A stretch of 47,697 nt of DNA from Bacteroidales bacterium (GTDB taxonomy: Bacteria; Bacteroidota; Bacteroidia; Bacteroidales; CAIWKO01). Shown one piece after another: positions 10,065 to 20,147 of the stretch. Location: assembly GCA_035389045.1 (NCBI GenBank), contig DAOORA010000032.1, positions 1 through 47,697 of the forward strand, read 5' to 3'. The position numbers and the translations under genes were made by a program. The notes under the pieces were generated by a model. The model did not search any database, was not told where the DNA came from, and saw nothing but the letters and a program-made list of their open reading frames with translations. Numbering within the stretch: position 1 is the stretch's first letter; every line of letters starts with the position of its first letter.

Positions 10065-11329
10065 TAAAGTTTCTGAAAAACATTTTATCGAAGTCGTTTT
10101 ATAAAAATTTCATGGTGTTGCTTTCCGGGAATGCCGTGAGCCAGCTTATTCCTTTCCTTCTGGCGCCTTTTGTAGCCCGTCTGTACGGTCCTGAAGATTT
10201 TGCCGTCCAAACCAATTTTCTGGTATTAGCCGGATTATTTGCTGTGGTTGCCACCGGACGTTACGAGCTTGCCATTATATTGCCCAAAGACGAAAAAAAA
10301 GGAATGACCTTGTTCAACCTGTCGGTGATCATAATGATTGCTGTGACAATGTTATCTTTTATATTGTATTTTTTCAGGGGACAGATTGCCGTTTTATACA
10401 AAGCCGAAAAACTCAGCGAATATGTTATTTATGTGCCTTTGGCCATAGTCGGATTGGCAGGATATAACATCCTTTACAACTGGCTGGTCAGGCACCGGGA
10501 GTTTAAAAATATTTCCCTGAGCAAAATAGCACAGTCGTTGTTCGGGAATCTTGCTTATGTTGTTCTCGGCTATCTCATCGCCGGAGTAACCGGTCTTATC
10601 ATCGGCTGGCTCATTGGCCAGTTGATTTCGCTTTTTATACTTTTATATAAAACTTATAGTTACCGGCAAGGGTTGCTGAAGTTCAACAAGGCTGAAATGA
10701 AAAGCACGGCCAGGGAGTACAAAAATTTTCCGATGATAAACTCGCTGCATGCCTTTACCGATTTCTTTGCAGGGCAATTTCTTCTGATAGGAATAATAAC
10801 AAGGGAATACGGCCTGATCACCCTGGGTTTGTTTTCGGTAAGTTACCGCTACCTGATAGCGCCTATACAACTAGTGGCAGGCGCCGTGTCCCAGGTGTAT
10901 TACCGGGATGCTACGGAAAAAATCAACATGGAGCAGAGAGCCATTCCTGTTTTTCATCAGACTTTAAAAATCTGCCTGTTGTTTGCTGTGCCTATGACCG
11001 TGGTAATCATGATATGGGGTGAGAAATTATTCACACTTTATCTTGGCCCGCAATGGACTGAGGCAGGCAAATATGCCCGGATACTCATGCCGGCCTTGTT
11101 TTTTAACTTTCTGGCTTCGCCGCTTTCTGCCACGCCGCTTATTTTTAAAAAACAGAGGAATGCATTTCTGATCACTCTTATTGGATATACCGTATGCCTG
11201 GGTTCGCTGATCGTATCATCATGGATGAAGATTTCATTTGCATACGCACTGGGGATATACACTTGCTTAATGGCTGCCTATTATCTTTTTTTACTGTTCT
11301 GGTACCGGCATTTATTAATAAAAAACTGA
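10061..11329 (+). CDS. wzx: Polysaccharide flippase
   Basis: SQLIPFLLAP..ARLYGPEDF, TGRYELAI, W.EAG.Y; many TM segments. Confidence 0.88.
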   Translation: MIKFLKNILSKSFYKNFMVLLSGNAVSQLIPFLLAPFVARLYGPEDFAVQTNFLVLAGLFAVVATGRYELAIILPKDEKKGMTLFNLSVIIMIAVTMLSFILYFFRGQIAVLYKAEKLSEYVIYVPLAIVGLAGYNILYNWLVRHREFKNISLSKIAQSLFGNLAYVVLGYLIAGVTGLIIGWLIGQLISLFILLYKTYSYRQGLLKFNKAEMKSTAREYKNFPMINSLHAFTDFFAGQFLLIGIITREYGLITLGLFSVSYRYLIAPIQLVAGAVSQVYYRDATEKINMEQRAIPVFHQTLKICLLFAVPMTVVIMIWGEKLFTLYLGPQWTEAGKYARILMPALFFNFLASPLSATPLIFKKQRNAFLITLIGYTVCLGSLIVSSWMKISFAYALGIYTCLMAAYYLFLLFWYRHLLIKN

Positions 11330-11330
11330 T

Positions 11331-12233
11331 ATGAACATTATCCTGACAGGACTTCCTTTGTTTGCCGGGCGGCTGTGTGATGAATTATCCTCATTCGACA
11401 AGAAGAATAAATATTATTTTTATAATACCTATTATTCACGGAAAGACCGTTTCAGGTTCATGCTAAGGCTTCCTTTTGCCGACAGGGTTGTATCTTTGAA
11501 CGGGGTATCCGATCGCAGCGGTAGCCTGGACTGGGTTTTGCGATTCAGGAAAAAACTGGTGATGTTGTGGCAGGGAACTGATGTCATGCTGGCTGTTGAA
11601 AGGTATAAGGACAACTCGATATTAGCAAAATATATAAATTATGCCACCCATTATACAGATGCCGCATGGCTTGCTGAAGAGCTTTCGGCGATCCATATCC
11701 CGGCGGAACTATTGTATTTTAAAAGCGTGGTTAGTAATCCACATGCAGAAAAATTTAATGAAATCAATGCATACAGCTATATTCCGAAGGGCAGGGAACT
11801 TTTTTATGGTTTAGATATTCTACTGGCAGTTTTTAAAAATCTACCCGATACGAAACTGTACATTTATGGTACGGATGGTGCAGGCTTTGAAAAAACAGGC
11901 AATGTTTTTTATAAAGAATGGATGCCCATGGTCGACTACAAAAGAGAAATATCGAATCATGCAGTTTATATAAGACTTTCTCAACACGACGGTTTTTCGA
12001 TGAGTGTGCTTGAAGCGCTGGCTAGCGGTTGCGAAGTTATTTGGAATCATCCATTGAAAGATTGTCATTATTTACAAGGTAATGAAAAGGAACTTACTGC
12101 TTTAATCTGCGAAATAAAAAAGACCATTATCAATCGGGATCAATTTAGAAATAAGGACTCGGCAAACAGAATAAGAGAGAGGTTCGGTAAAGAAAAGGTA
12201 TTACAGGCTTTTATTGATAAAATAACCAGATGA
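11331..12233 (+). CDS. Glycosyltransferase (GT-B fold, GT4-like)
   Basis: HDGFSMSVLEALASGCEVI signature and WQGTDV. Confidence 0.78.
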   Translation: MNIILTGLPLFAGRLCDELSSFDKKNKYYFYNTYYSRKDRFRFMLRLPFADRVVSLNGVSDRSGSLDWVLRFRKKLVMLWQGTDVMLAVERYKDNSILAKYINYATHYTDAAWLAEELSAIHIPAELLYFKSVVSNPHAEKFNEINAYSYIPKGRELFYGLDILLAVFKNLPDTKLYIYGTDGAGFEKTGNVFYKEWMPMVDYKREISNHAVYIRLSQHDGFSMSVLEALASGCEVIWNHPLKDCHYLQGNEKELTALICEIKKTIINRDQFRNKDSANRIRERFGKEKVLQAFIDKITR

Positions 12234-13498
12234 GAAAAACACATTTGAAAAATATTATTGTTGCATTTGTTACGAGTTTGGTTTGCACTATAATTTGTTT
12301 TACTATTCATATAATACCGCAGTCGAACAGTATGATAAATTTCAAAACCGATAGTATTAATACCAGTAAAACTAGTATTTCAAATGATTATTTGTCGGCT
12401 GTAATTGTATACCATAAAACGGAACCGGCTTTTGCAAAACGACCGCTGACAACTTTTCTTATCGAAGGATTTTCAAAAATAACTTCTTTAAACCTTGGTT
12501 TATCTTTTACGATCATAAACTTTTTTTTATTTTTTCTTGTTGGCATTCTTATTTTTTATGGTTCACTTGCATTGGGTAATCATTTGAAAGCGTCTGTTTT
12601 AAGTATTGTCTGCTTTTTCCTGAGTTTTACGGTGTTGTTTTCTTTTTTTCGCTCTAATTATTCGTATGATGAACCCCTTCAATATTTTTTTATTTTAATT
12701 GCATTGTTTGCTCTGTTTTACAAAAATTGGTTCGTTTATATTTTTAGTTTTTCTTTTGCCTTGATTGTCAGAGAAAGCAGTGTTTTTTTATTACCTTCTA
12801 TCGCATTATTTTTATTTCCTGATAAAGAAAAAACAGAATCATTTATTAATTGGAAATACCTAAAAAGAATAATTGTTCTATCAATTCCTGTCTTTGTTTA
12901 TTTATTGTTTTTGTTTGTTTACTTGACATATTTTAGAATATGGAATCAGTCAAAGACAGATATTTCAGGTCGCTTATCATATTTTCATTATAATTTTCAA
13001 GACGCCAACTTTTCAAATGAATCAATTATTTCATTATTCTTAGCGGTAGGACTTCATTTCTATTTTATTTTCTGGTATTTGAAAGATGCCGGGCTGACTC
13101 TTTTTGAAAGAAAACTGATTAAGTCTTTTATTCTGACACTTATTATTAACTCAGTTGTGATTCTTTTGGCAGCAAAAGCGCGAGAAATACGACTATTTGC
13201 ATTGCCGTTACTCTTTGTTTGGCCAATTATAGGAAAAGTTGTTCTGTCTGAGTTTAAATTAATGAAAACAGGCTACAAGAATCTGAAAAATTTATTGTTC
13301 GTACCTTTGTTTTTATTTTTAAGTTTCATCAGCCTAATAATTTCAAATTATATCTATACGCTTACAGAACCGGATAGAAATGAGAATTTTTTTCATGAAT
13401 ATCTTGGAATTACCTTAGTTTTGATTTCATTACATTTTTTAATACGGTTCTTAGGTGGGAGAAGGCAAAAAAACAGTAAGCCTGATGCAAAAGAATAA
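12230..13498 (+). CDS. Polytopic membrane protein, possibly a GT-C-type glycan-modifying enzyme
   Basis: About 10 hydrophobic segments; PAFAKRPL, YDEP and VRES loop motifs. Visibly more AT-rich than its neighbours. Confidence 0.55.
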   Translation: MRKTHLKNIIVAFVTSLVCTIICFTIHIIPQSNSMINFKTDSINTSKTSISNDYLSAVIVYHKTEPAFAKRPLTTFLIEGFSKITSLNLGLSFTIINFFLFFLVGILIFYGSLALGNHLKASVLSIVCFFLSFTVLFSFFRSNYSYDEPLQYFFILIALFALFYKNWFVYIFSFSFALIVRESSVFLLPSIALFLFPDKEKTESFINWKYLKRIIVLSIPVFVYLLFLFVYLTYFRIWNQSKTDISGRLSYFHYNFQDANFSNESIISLFLAVGLHFYFIFWYLKDAGLTLFERKLIKSFILTLIINSVVILLAAKAREIRLFALPLLFVWPIIGKVVLSEFKLMKTGYKNLKNLLFVPLFLFLSFISLIISNYIYTLTEPDRNENFFHEYLGITLVLISLHFLIRFLGGRRQKNSKPDAKE

Positions 13499-14711
13499 AA
13501 TACATATAGCCATTGTTGCCCCATGGTTTCCGCCTCTGACGGGCGTTGCCGTAAACCGTATTGCTGCGTTTGCAAAATACCTTAAAACCGCTGACACAGA
13601 AATCTCTGTTTTTACCATTGCGGAGAAAAATGCTGAAGCTTTTGAACATAATGATTTGTACAATGTGTACCGTGCCCCCAATACGGCAATATTGAAGTTC
13701 ATAAAAACAAAGACAACGGATTCGAAATTTCTGCATTATACCAAAGTAATATGGAATGTCTGCATTCGTTACTTTATCAAGGATGAATACCTCGGCTGGC
13801 AAAAAAACACAGAAAAAAAACTGGAACAGGTACATGCTGAAAAACCTATTGATGTGGTGATCAGTTCGTTTTTCCCGGCAGCTTCCCATGCAGCTACTTA
13901 TAATTTTCTGAAAGATAAACCCGGAATTTTTTGGGTGACAGATATGCGCGATGAGATGAGTTTTAATACGCTGAATTCTTCGTCAGTGAACGATTATTAT
14001 CGCAAGGTGGAGCAATGGATTAATTGCAGGGCTAACATGGTGACTACTGTGAGCAAGCCGATTTTAGATAAGTATAAAGTCATACTGAAAAATATAAACC
14101 TGTTTGCCGAGATCAGGAATGGTTATGATCATAATCATCTTCCCAACAAGCATTTCAATGATATTTTTACCGTAATTTATGCAGGCACTTTTTATGGAAA
14201 AAGAAAACCGGATACTTTTTTTGAAGCGGTCAGGCAGCTTCATAATGAAGGCAGGATCGATTTCAGGTGGAAACTAAAATTGATAGGAGCAAACAGAAAT
14301 TTTCATATTCCCGACTCTTTAAAAAACAGTGTAGAATTCTCTCCTTTTGTACCTAATGAAAAAATGATCCCCGAGCTGTTCAATGCAGATGCTCTTTTGT
14401 TTGTCAACCCGCCAACCGGTAATACCGGGGCGTTCACCGGCAAAATCTTTGAATACATTTCTACCGGCAAGCCCATGATACCTGTGACGGTGCTCCAAGA
14501 TGTGGCAGCGGACCTGATCAGTGAATACGGCGTTGGTACACCGGTTGATTTTTACGATATTGAAGGGATAAAGCGATCGTTTTTGGCTGCTGCACAACTA
14601 TGGAAAAACAAAAAAATGCTGGATATACCTGTAGAAAAGATAATGTTATTGCACCGGCGTAAACAGGTGGATATACTGTATGAAGCCATCATTAAAAACT
14701 TTAAGAAATGA
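13485..14711 (+). CDS. Glycosyltransferase family 4
   Basis: APWFPP, DMRDE, IRNGYD, YAGTFYGKR, TGKIFEY. ATG 13485 preferred over GTG 13455. Confidence 0.88.
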   Translation: MQKNKIHIAIVAPWFPPLTGVAVNRIAAFAKYLKTADTEISVFTIAEKNAEAFEHNDLYNVYRAPNTAILKFIKTKTTDSKFLHYTKVIWNVCIRYFIKDEYLGWQKNTEKKLEQVHAEKPIDVVISSFFPAASHAATYNFLKDKPGIFWVTDMRDEMSFNTLNSSSVNDYYRKVEQWINCRANMVTTVSKPILDKYKVILKNINLFAEIRNGYDHNHLPNKHFNDIFTVIYAGTFYGKRKPDTFFEAVRQLHNEGRIDFRWKLKLIGANRNFHIPDSLKNSVEFSPFVPNEKMIPELFNADALLFVNPPTGNTGAFTGKIFEYISTGKPMIPVTVLQDVAADLISEYGVGTPVDFYDIEGIKRSFLAAAQLWKNKKMLDIPVEKIMLLHRRKQVDILYEAIIKNFKK

Positions 14712-15748
14712 TAGTGCTTGTTGCCGGCCCCGAAGGTGTGCATGTGTTGAAATACTGCGAAATGATGCGGCGTTTTCAGGATCTAACAATGGTCTGCCTT
14801 ACGGAAAAACCTTATGAAAATCCTTATGTTTCCGTTACGTATGCCTTTGAATTCCGGAGTTCAAATCCACTGCAACTGTTACAGAATTTTCTGAAACTTA
14901 AAAAAACAATAAAAAATATCAAACCCGGCCTTATCCATGTGCATCAGCTGAACCGTTTTGCTTTTGTTATTTCCCTGATTGCAAAAAAACTTTCCATACC
15001 TATGGTTGCCACGGCCTGGGGCAGCGATGTGCTTCTTATTCCTCAGAAAAACAGGTTTTACCGTCAGATAACAAAATACATACTGAAAAATAGCGGGTGT
15101 GTAACAGCAGATTCAAAACAAATGATTGACGCCATTCATGATGTTTATCCTGAGTGCAAAACCAAGTTTTGTATTTATGGAATTGATGTTATCGGATATG
15201 GAGTTAAGGAGAACATCATGTTTACCAACCGCCTGCACAAGCCCTTGTATCGTAACAACCTTATCATTGATTTGTTTGCTGGGTTCATCAGAAATCATCC
15301 CGGATGGAAGCTTGTTATAGGCGGAAGCGGAGAAGAAACAGAACTTCTGAAACAAAAGGTTGAGAATCTGAATCTTTCCGGCAACGTAATATTTACAGGC
15401 TGGCTTGATAAAGAAAAAAATGATGAATGGTATCGCAAAGCCAGAGTTTACATTTCTCTGCCTGAATCCGACGGCACTTCGATAAGTCTGCTGGAGGCCA
15501 TGTCGGCAGGATGTATTCCTGTTCTGCCTGACATACCTGTGTCGCATGAATGGATCAAAAATGGTGAAAATGGCATCATCTGCGATTTGAATAAACCATC
15601 TCCCTTTGATGAAGTAATGAAAATTAATTTTGAAAAAGCTTCTGTGTTTAATTCTGATTTAATTTTGAAGTCGTTTACAAAAGAGCAATCATCGGAAAGA
15701 TACAGGTCTATATATGATGATATCCTTAAGATAAATTTGCAGCGGTAA
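14708..15748 (+). CDS. Glycosyltransferase family 4
   Basis: AWGSDV, RLHKPLY, SDGTSISLLEAMSAGC. Confidence 0.9.
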   Translation: MIVLVAGPEGVHVLKYCEMMRRFQDLTMVCLTEKPYENPYVSVTYAFEFRSSNPLQLLQNFLKLKKTIKNIKPGLIHVHQLNRFAFVISLIAKKLSIPMVATAWGSDVLLIPQKNRFYRQITKYILKNSGCVTADSKQMIDAIHDVYPECKTKFCIYGIDVIGYGVKENIMFTNRLHKPLYRNNLIIDLFAGFIRNHPGWKLVIGGSGEETELLKQKVENLNLSGNVIFTGWLDKEKNDEWYRKARVYISLPESDGTSISLLEAMSAGCIPVLPDIPVSHEWIKNGENGIICDLNKPSPFDEVMKINFEKASVFNSDLILKSFTKEQSSERYRSIYDDILKINLQR

Positions 15749-15749
15749 A

Positions 15750-16997
15750 ATGAATATACTTCTGATCGATCATTATGCAGGTTCTCCCGGGATGGGTATG
15801 GAATACCGGCCGTATTACCTTGCTGAATATTGGATCAAAAGCGGACACCATGTTACCATAATAGCAGCTTCATATGCCCATGTCCGGACCAATCAACCGC
15901 AGGTAAGCGCCGATTGGGAGGAACAGGATCTTGACGGAGTTAATTATCTGTGGGTTAGAACAAAACCGTACAAAGGGAATACGGTAAAGCGATTTTATAA
16001 CATTTTTGAATTTGTTCTCAAACTTTTTTTTAAAAGCAGATATATAGCCAGGTCTTTTACTCCTGATGTGGTGATTGCTTCGTCAACCTATCCCATGGAT
16101 ATATATCCCGCAAAACGTATTTCTGATATAAGCGGGGCAAAACTGGTTTACGAGATCCATGATTTGTGGCCGTTGTCGCCCATGATAATCGGCGGTTATT
16201 CAAAATATCATCCTTTCATTATGCTGATGCAGGCAGCAGAGAATTATTGTTACAGACATGCTGATGTTGTCATTTCCATCCTGCCCAAAACCCTCGATCA
16301 TTGCGTTGCTCATGGATTGAATCCTGAAAAATGGCATCATGTCCCAAACGGGATTTATGTGGAGGATTCTTCCAATACCATTGAGATTCCTGCAGAGCAC
16401 AAGGCTATCCTGGAACAGATACGAAAAAGGTTTGCTCATATAGTCGGATATACCGGTAACATTGGTTTGGCGAATGCCCTGGACACCCTGGTGCTGGCAT
16501 CTTTAAAACTGTTAAGCATGAATACTGCGGTCGTAATGGTAGGAAACGGGCCGGAAAAGGAAAACCTTATAAAATTCAGTTCAGAAAAAAATGCCTCTAA
16601 TGTGTTTTTTCTGGATGCTGTTCCCAAAAAGGCAATACCGGCGCTGCTGGCACAGTTCGATTTTTTATTCATCGGATGGCACGATCTGTTTGAATTATAT
16701 AAATTCGGTATCAGCCCCAACAAACTTATGGATTATATGATGGCTGCCAGGCCTGTTATTCATGCCGTACATGCCGGTAACGACCTCGTTTCTGAGGCCG
16801 GATGCGGTATCACTGTAAAGCCGGAAGATGCGGACTCCGTTGCCGAAGCGGTCCAAAATCTCATCAGCATGAGCAACCAGGAAAAGATGCGAATGGGAGC
16901 GAACGGAAAAGCCTATGTGCTGAAAAATCATGAATACCAGGTAATTGCGGGGAATTATCTGGAAAGTATTGCTTTAGCAGATCATTCAGTCAGATGA
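15750..16997 (+). CDS. Glycosyltransferase family 4 (WbuB-like)
   Basis: HYAGSP..GMEYRPYY, EIHDLWP, GISPNKLMDYM. Confidence 0.92.
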   Translation: MNILLIDHYAGSPGMGMEYRPYYLAEYWIKSGHHVTIIAASYAHVRTNQPQVSADWEEQDLDGVNYLWVRTKPYKGNTVKRFYNIFEFVLKLFFKSRYIARSFTPDVVIASSTYPMDIYPAKRISDISGAKLVYEIHDLWPLSPMIIGGYSKYHPFIMLMQAAENYCYRHADVVISILPKTLDHCVAHGLNPEKWHHVPNGIYVEDSSNTIEIPAEHKAILEQIRKRFAHIVGYTGNIGLANALDTLVLASLKLLSMNTAVVMVGNGPEKENLIKFSSEKNASNVFFLDAVPKKAIPALLAQFDFLFIGWHDLFELYKFGISPNKLMDYMMAARPVIHAVHAGNDLVSEAGCGITVKPEDADSVAEAVQNLISMSNQEKMRMGANGKAYVLKNHEYQVIAGNYLESIALADHSVR

Positions 16998-18211
16998 TGA
17001 AAGTAAAAACCAACATAGCGGAATGGATATTGATTTTACTGGCTTTCCTTATGCCGGTATGGGCAAAACTCGTACCCATTGTCATTGCCGTGTTGTTTCT
17101 TTTGTGGTTGGTCGAGGGAGGTTTTAAAAATAAATTTCACAACCTGATCCGAAACAAAACAGGACTGGTATTTATATTGTTTTATTTGCTGTATGTTGCC
17201 GGGATGATTTACACAAACGATATAGAACGTGGCCGGTTTGACCTTGAGGTCAAACTGTCGCTGTTCCTGTTTCCGGTATTATTCTTTTCCGGCAGTAAAA
17301 GCATTTCTGAAACCCGGATTTCCTATATTCTTAAAAGTTTCGTTTCGGGGTGCCTGGTGATCACTGTTTTTTTATTGGGCCGGGCGTTTTATTTTTATTT
17401 TCAAAACCATGAATTTGTAAGGCTGACCTATACTGGTCTTTCTTTTTTCATGTCGCCCAGTTATCTGGCCATGTACCTGAATTTTTCGGTCATGATAATT
17501 TTCTTTAGTTTCTTTGATGGGATAAAATCTAAGATCATTCTTTTTCTCCATGCATTTTTGATGTTATTTTTTGCCGGCTTCATTGTTCTTCTTTCGTCTA
17601 AATCCGGAATAATTACCATGGCTTTCAGTATCATTTTCATATTTATTTACCTGGTTATCCGAAAGAAATATTTTTTTCTTTCTGTGTTGACTTTGATTTT
17701 AATGGTTTCGGTTTTTCTTGTCTTAAAATTTGCTACGGTCACTACCGAAAGAATGATGACTGCCATTGACACATTTATGAATTACCAAACAGTTCCAAAC
17801 ACTGCTGAGGAAAGCACGTCGGAACGGATATTAGTCTGGAGGGCCTCTGCGGAAATTATTAAAAACAATCCTTTACTGGGTGTGGGTACCGGTGATGTCA
17901 AAGAAGAACTGCTGCACGAATATCAAAATGAGCACATCTCGTATGCTATTGAGAAGTCTATCAATGCACATAACCAGTATCTTCAAACCGCAGTGGCCAT
18001 AGGCCTTATAGGTTTGCTGGTTTTGCTTTTTTCACTTTTTGTACCTATGTTCAGGGCTGTGGCTCATCACCACTGGATATATTTTGTTTTTTTATTTTTG
18101 ATAGTGATGAACCTGTTGTTTGAGTCAATGCTCGAAAGGCAGGCGGGTGTGGTATTTTATGCTTTCTTTAATGCATTGCTATGGAGCAGACTAAGTAAAA
18201 ATGTAATTTGA
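16994..18211 (+). CDS. O-antigen ligase family (WaaL-like) protein
   Basis: Polytopic membrane protein with R..VW, GVGTGD, NAHNQYLQ and ESMLERQ. Confidence 0.85.
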   Translation: MMKVKTNIAEWILILLAFLMPVWAKLVPIVIAVLFLLWLVEGGFKNKFHNLIRNKTGLVFILFYLLYVAGMIYTNDIERGRFDLEVKLSLFLFPVLFFSGSKSISETRISYILKSFVSGCLVITVFLLGRAFYFYFQNHEFVRLTYTGLSFFMSPSYLAMYLNFSVMIIFFSFFDGIKSKIILFLHAFLMLFFAGFIVLLSSKSGIITMAFSIIFIFIYLVIRKKYFFLSVLTLILMVSVFLVLKFATVTTERMMTAIDTFMNYQTVPNTAEESTSERILVWRASAEIIKNNPLLGVGTGDVKEELLHEYQNEHISYAIEKSINAHNQYLQTAVAIGLIGLLVLLFSLFVPMFRAVAHHHWIYFVFLFLIVMNLLFESMLERQAGVVFYAFFNALLWSRLSKNVI

Positions 18212-18222
18212 TAATAAAAATA

Positions 18223-18230
18223 TATATTTG
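18223..18230 (+). promoter_or_regulatory. Possible internal -7 promoter element for the epimerase gene
   Basis: TATATTTG immediately before ATG 18239. Confidence 0.4.
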
Positions 18231-18238
18231 TGAAAACC

Positions 18239-19387
18239 ATGATTAAAATACTCACCATCGTTGGTGCACGTCCCCAGTTTATCAAAGCATCGGCCATAAG
18301 CAGGGCGGTCAGGGACTTTTTCAGTAAAGAAATTACGGAGTTGATTCTACATACCGGCCAGCATTACGACGATAATATGTCGTCGGTTTTTTTCAGGGAG
18401 ATGGAGATCCCCGTGCCTGCTTATAACCTGGAAGTAGGTTCCGGCAAGCATGGAAAACAGACTGCCGAGATGATGGCGGGTATTGAAAGCATACTGACAA
18501 AAGAAAATCCTAAAGCAGTATTGATCTTCGGTGATACTAATTCCACACTGGCCGGCGCCCTGGCTGCGGCAAAAATGCACATACCTGTTATCCATGTGGA
18601 GGCGGGTCTCCGGTCATTTAATAAACTGATGCCCGAAGAGATCAACCGCATCATGGCCGATCATGTGTCTACCCTTTTGTTTTCGCCCACACAACAAGGT
18701 ATCGACAACCTGCTCAGCGAAGGCGTAATACATAGTGCCGGCAAACCCTATAACATTGATAATCCCGGAGTTTTCCACTGCGGCGATATAATGTACGACA
18801 ATGCCCTGTATTTTTCTAAAATTGCCGATGATAAAAGCACTCTACTAAAAGACCTGCGCCTGAAACCAGGAAGCTATGTTCTGGTGACGCTGCACCGTGA
18901 CACCAACACCGACGATCCGGTACGGCTGAATGCCATTTTCAGGTCCATAAACCGTATCAGCGAAAAATATGAGGTAAATTTTGTAATACCACTTCATCCG
19001 CGAACCGGAAAAAAATGGGCGGAACTTACCGATGAAAACCTGAAAGATGTAATTGAAAATAATAGGTTGATTACTATTATTCCTGCCGTTTCGTACCTCG
19101 ATTTCATTTCACTCGAAAAGAATGCAAAGCTCATCATGACTGATTCCGGGGGGGTACAGAAGGAATCGTATTTTTTCAAAAAGCCCTGTCTGATCCTCAG
19201 GGATGAAACCGAATGGGTTGAATTGGTTGAACTGGGCACAGCCATATTGTGCGGCGCCGACGAAGAAAAAATAGTGCATTCCTGTAAAGAAATAATGAGC
19301 AGGAAAGATTTAAAATTTCCTGAAATATATGGCGATGGCCATGCAGCCAGGTTTATTCTGAAAAAAATTATCGCGAACTTTAGTTAG
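18239..19387 (+). CDS. wecB: Non-hydrolysing UDP-N-acetylglucosamine 2-epimerase (WecB/WbpI-like)
   Basis: GARPQFIK, HTGQHYD, GDTNST, HVEAGLRS, TDSGGVQKE, R.ETEW. ATG 18239 preferred over GTG 18230. Confidence 0.93.
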   Translation: MIKILTIVGARPQFIKASAISRAVRDFFSKEITELILHTGQHYDDNMSSVFFREMEIPVPAYNLEVGSGKHGKQTAEMMAGIESILTKENPKAVLIFGDTNSTLAGALAAAKMHIPVIHVEAGLRSFNKLMPEEINRIMADHVSTLLFSPTQQGIDNLLSEGVIHSAGKPYNIDNPGVFHCGDIMYDNALYFSKIADDKSTLLKDLRLKPGSYVLVTLHRDTNTDDPVRLNAIFRSINRISEKYEVNFVIPLHPRTGKKWAELTDENLKDVIENNRLITIIPAVSYLDFISLEKNAKLIMTDSGGVQKESYFFKKPCLILRDETEWVELVELGTAILCGADEEKIVHSCKEIMSRKDLKFPEIYGDGHAARFILKKIIANFS

Positions 19388-19532
19388 CGTCTGTCCATAA
19401 AAAAGTGTTTTGAGACCGCTTCATTTTTTATGCTTCGCAAACCTGGCAACTGAACTTTTCGATTCACACACCGGGTTTCCATTCAGACACGATAGAATTC
19501 TTCCGACGGATGGAGTGCATATTTTTCATTTT

Positions 19533-19949
19533 TTATAACTTCTCTATGGTAAAACTGAATTTCTTATTCAATTCATTCCTGAAAATAAATAGTAGAAAAA
19601 AATAAACCACAAGGGATACTACGATAATCAGTCCGGTAAACAATTCGGAAAGATCAGATTCATAAGCAATTAACATCATTGTGAACATCACAAGTAAAGG
19701 CAGGATATAGGCATAAAATACCGCCCATGCACCCATAGATGGTGTAATTGATACTTTTACCTTCTCGTCTAATGTAAAATCACCAGTATTCTTTTCCACC
19801 CTGATTATTTTTTGAGAATTGCCGTCCACACCGCAAATGTGTTTTGCTTTGCATGAGCCGCATGCAGATTCGGGTTCTATCTGTACTTCAATAAAGTTAT
19901 TACTAATATTTTTTACAGTGCCGATATGTGAAATATGTTTTTCGGACAT
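19533..19949 (-). CDS. rseC: RseC/MucC family protein
   Basis: SACGSC.AKHIC cysteine motif and AYILPL followed by two TM helices; adjacent to rnf genes. Confidence 0.9.
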   Translation of the reverse strand: MSEKHISHIGTVKNISNNFIEVQIEPESACGSCKAKHICGVDGNSQKIIRVEKNTGDFTLDEKVKVSITPSMGAWAVFYAYILPLLVMFTMMLIAYESDLSELFTGLIIVVSLVVYFFLLFIFRNELNKKFSFTIEKL

Positions 19950-19964
19950 TCAAATTACTTTTTG

Positions 19965-19972
19965 CAAAATTA
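19965..19972 (-). promoter_or_regulatory. -7 promoter element for rseC
   Basis: TAATTTTG on the minus strand just upstream of the rseC ATG. Confidence 0.5.
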
Positions 19973-20147
19973 GTTTTTTCATTTCAATTTCCACTGATAC
20001 ATCAGCAGTTGTTTATATACAAAATAATTAAACTGGGTTAAATGTATTTTCAGGCATATGTGTTCCTAAATATCCGATGTATAATAATTTTTATTGGGAT
20101 GCAAACGATATTGATAAAAATTATAATATTGCACAAAATTTTAAAAT

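Noticed and set aside
19385..19432. CATAAAAAA...TTTTTTATG inverted repeat as an IS end
   Set aside because: No matching second end or transposase was found. At most it is a weak terminator between convergent genes.
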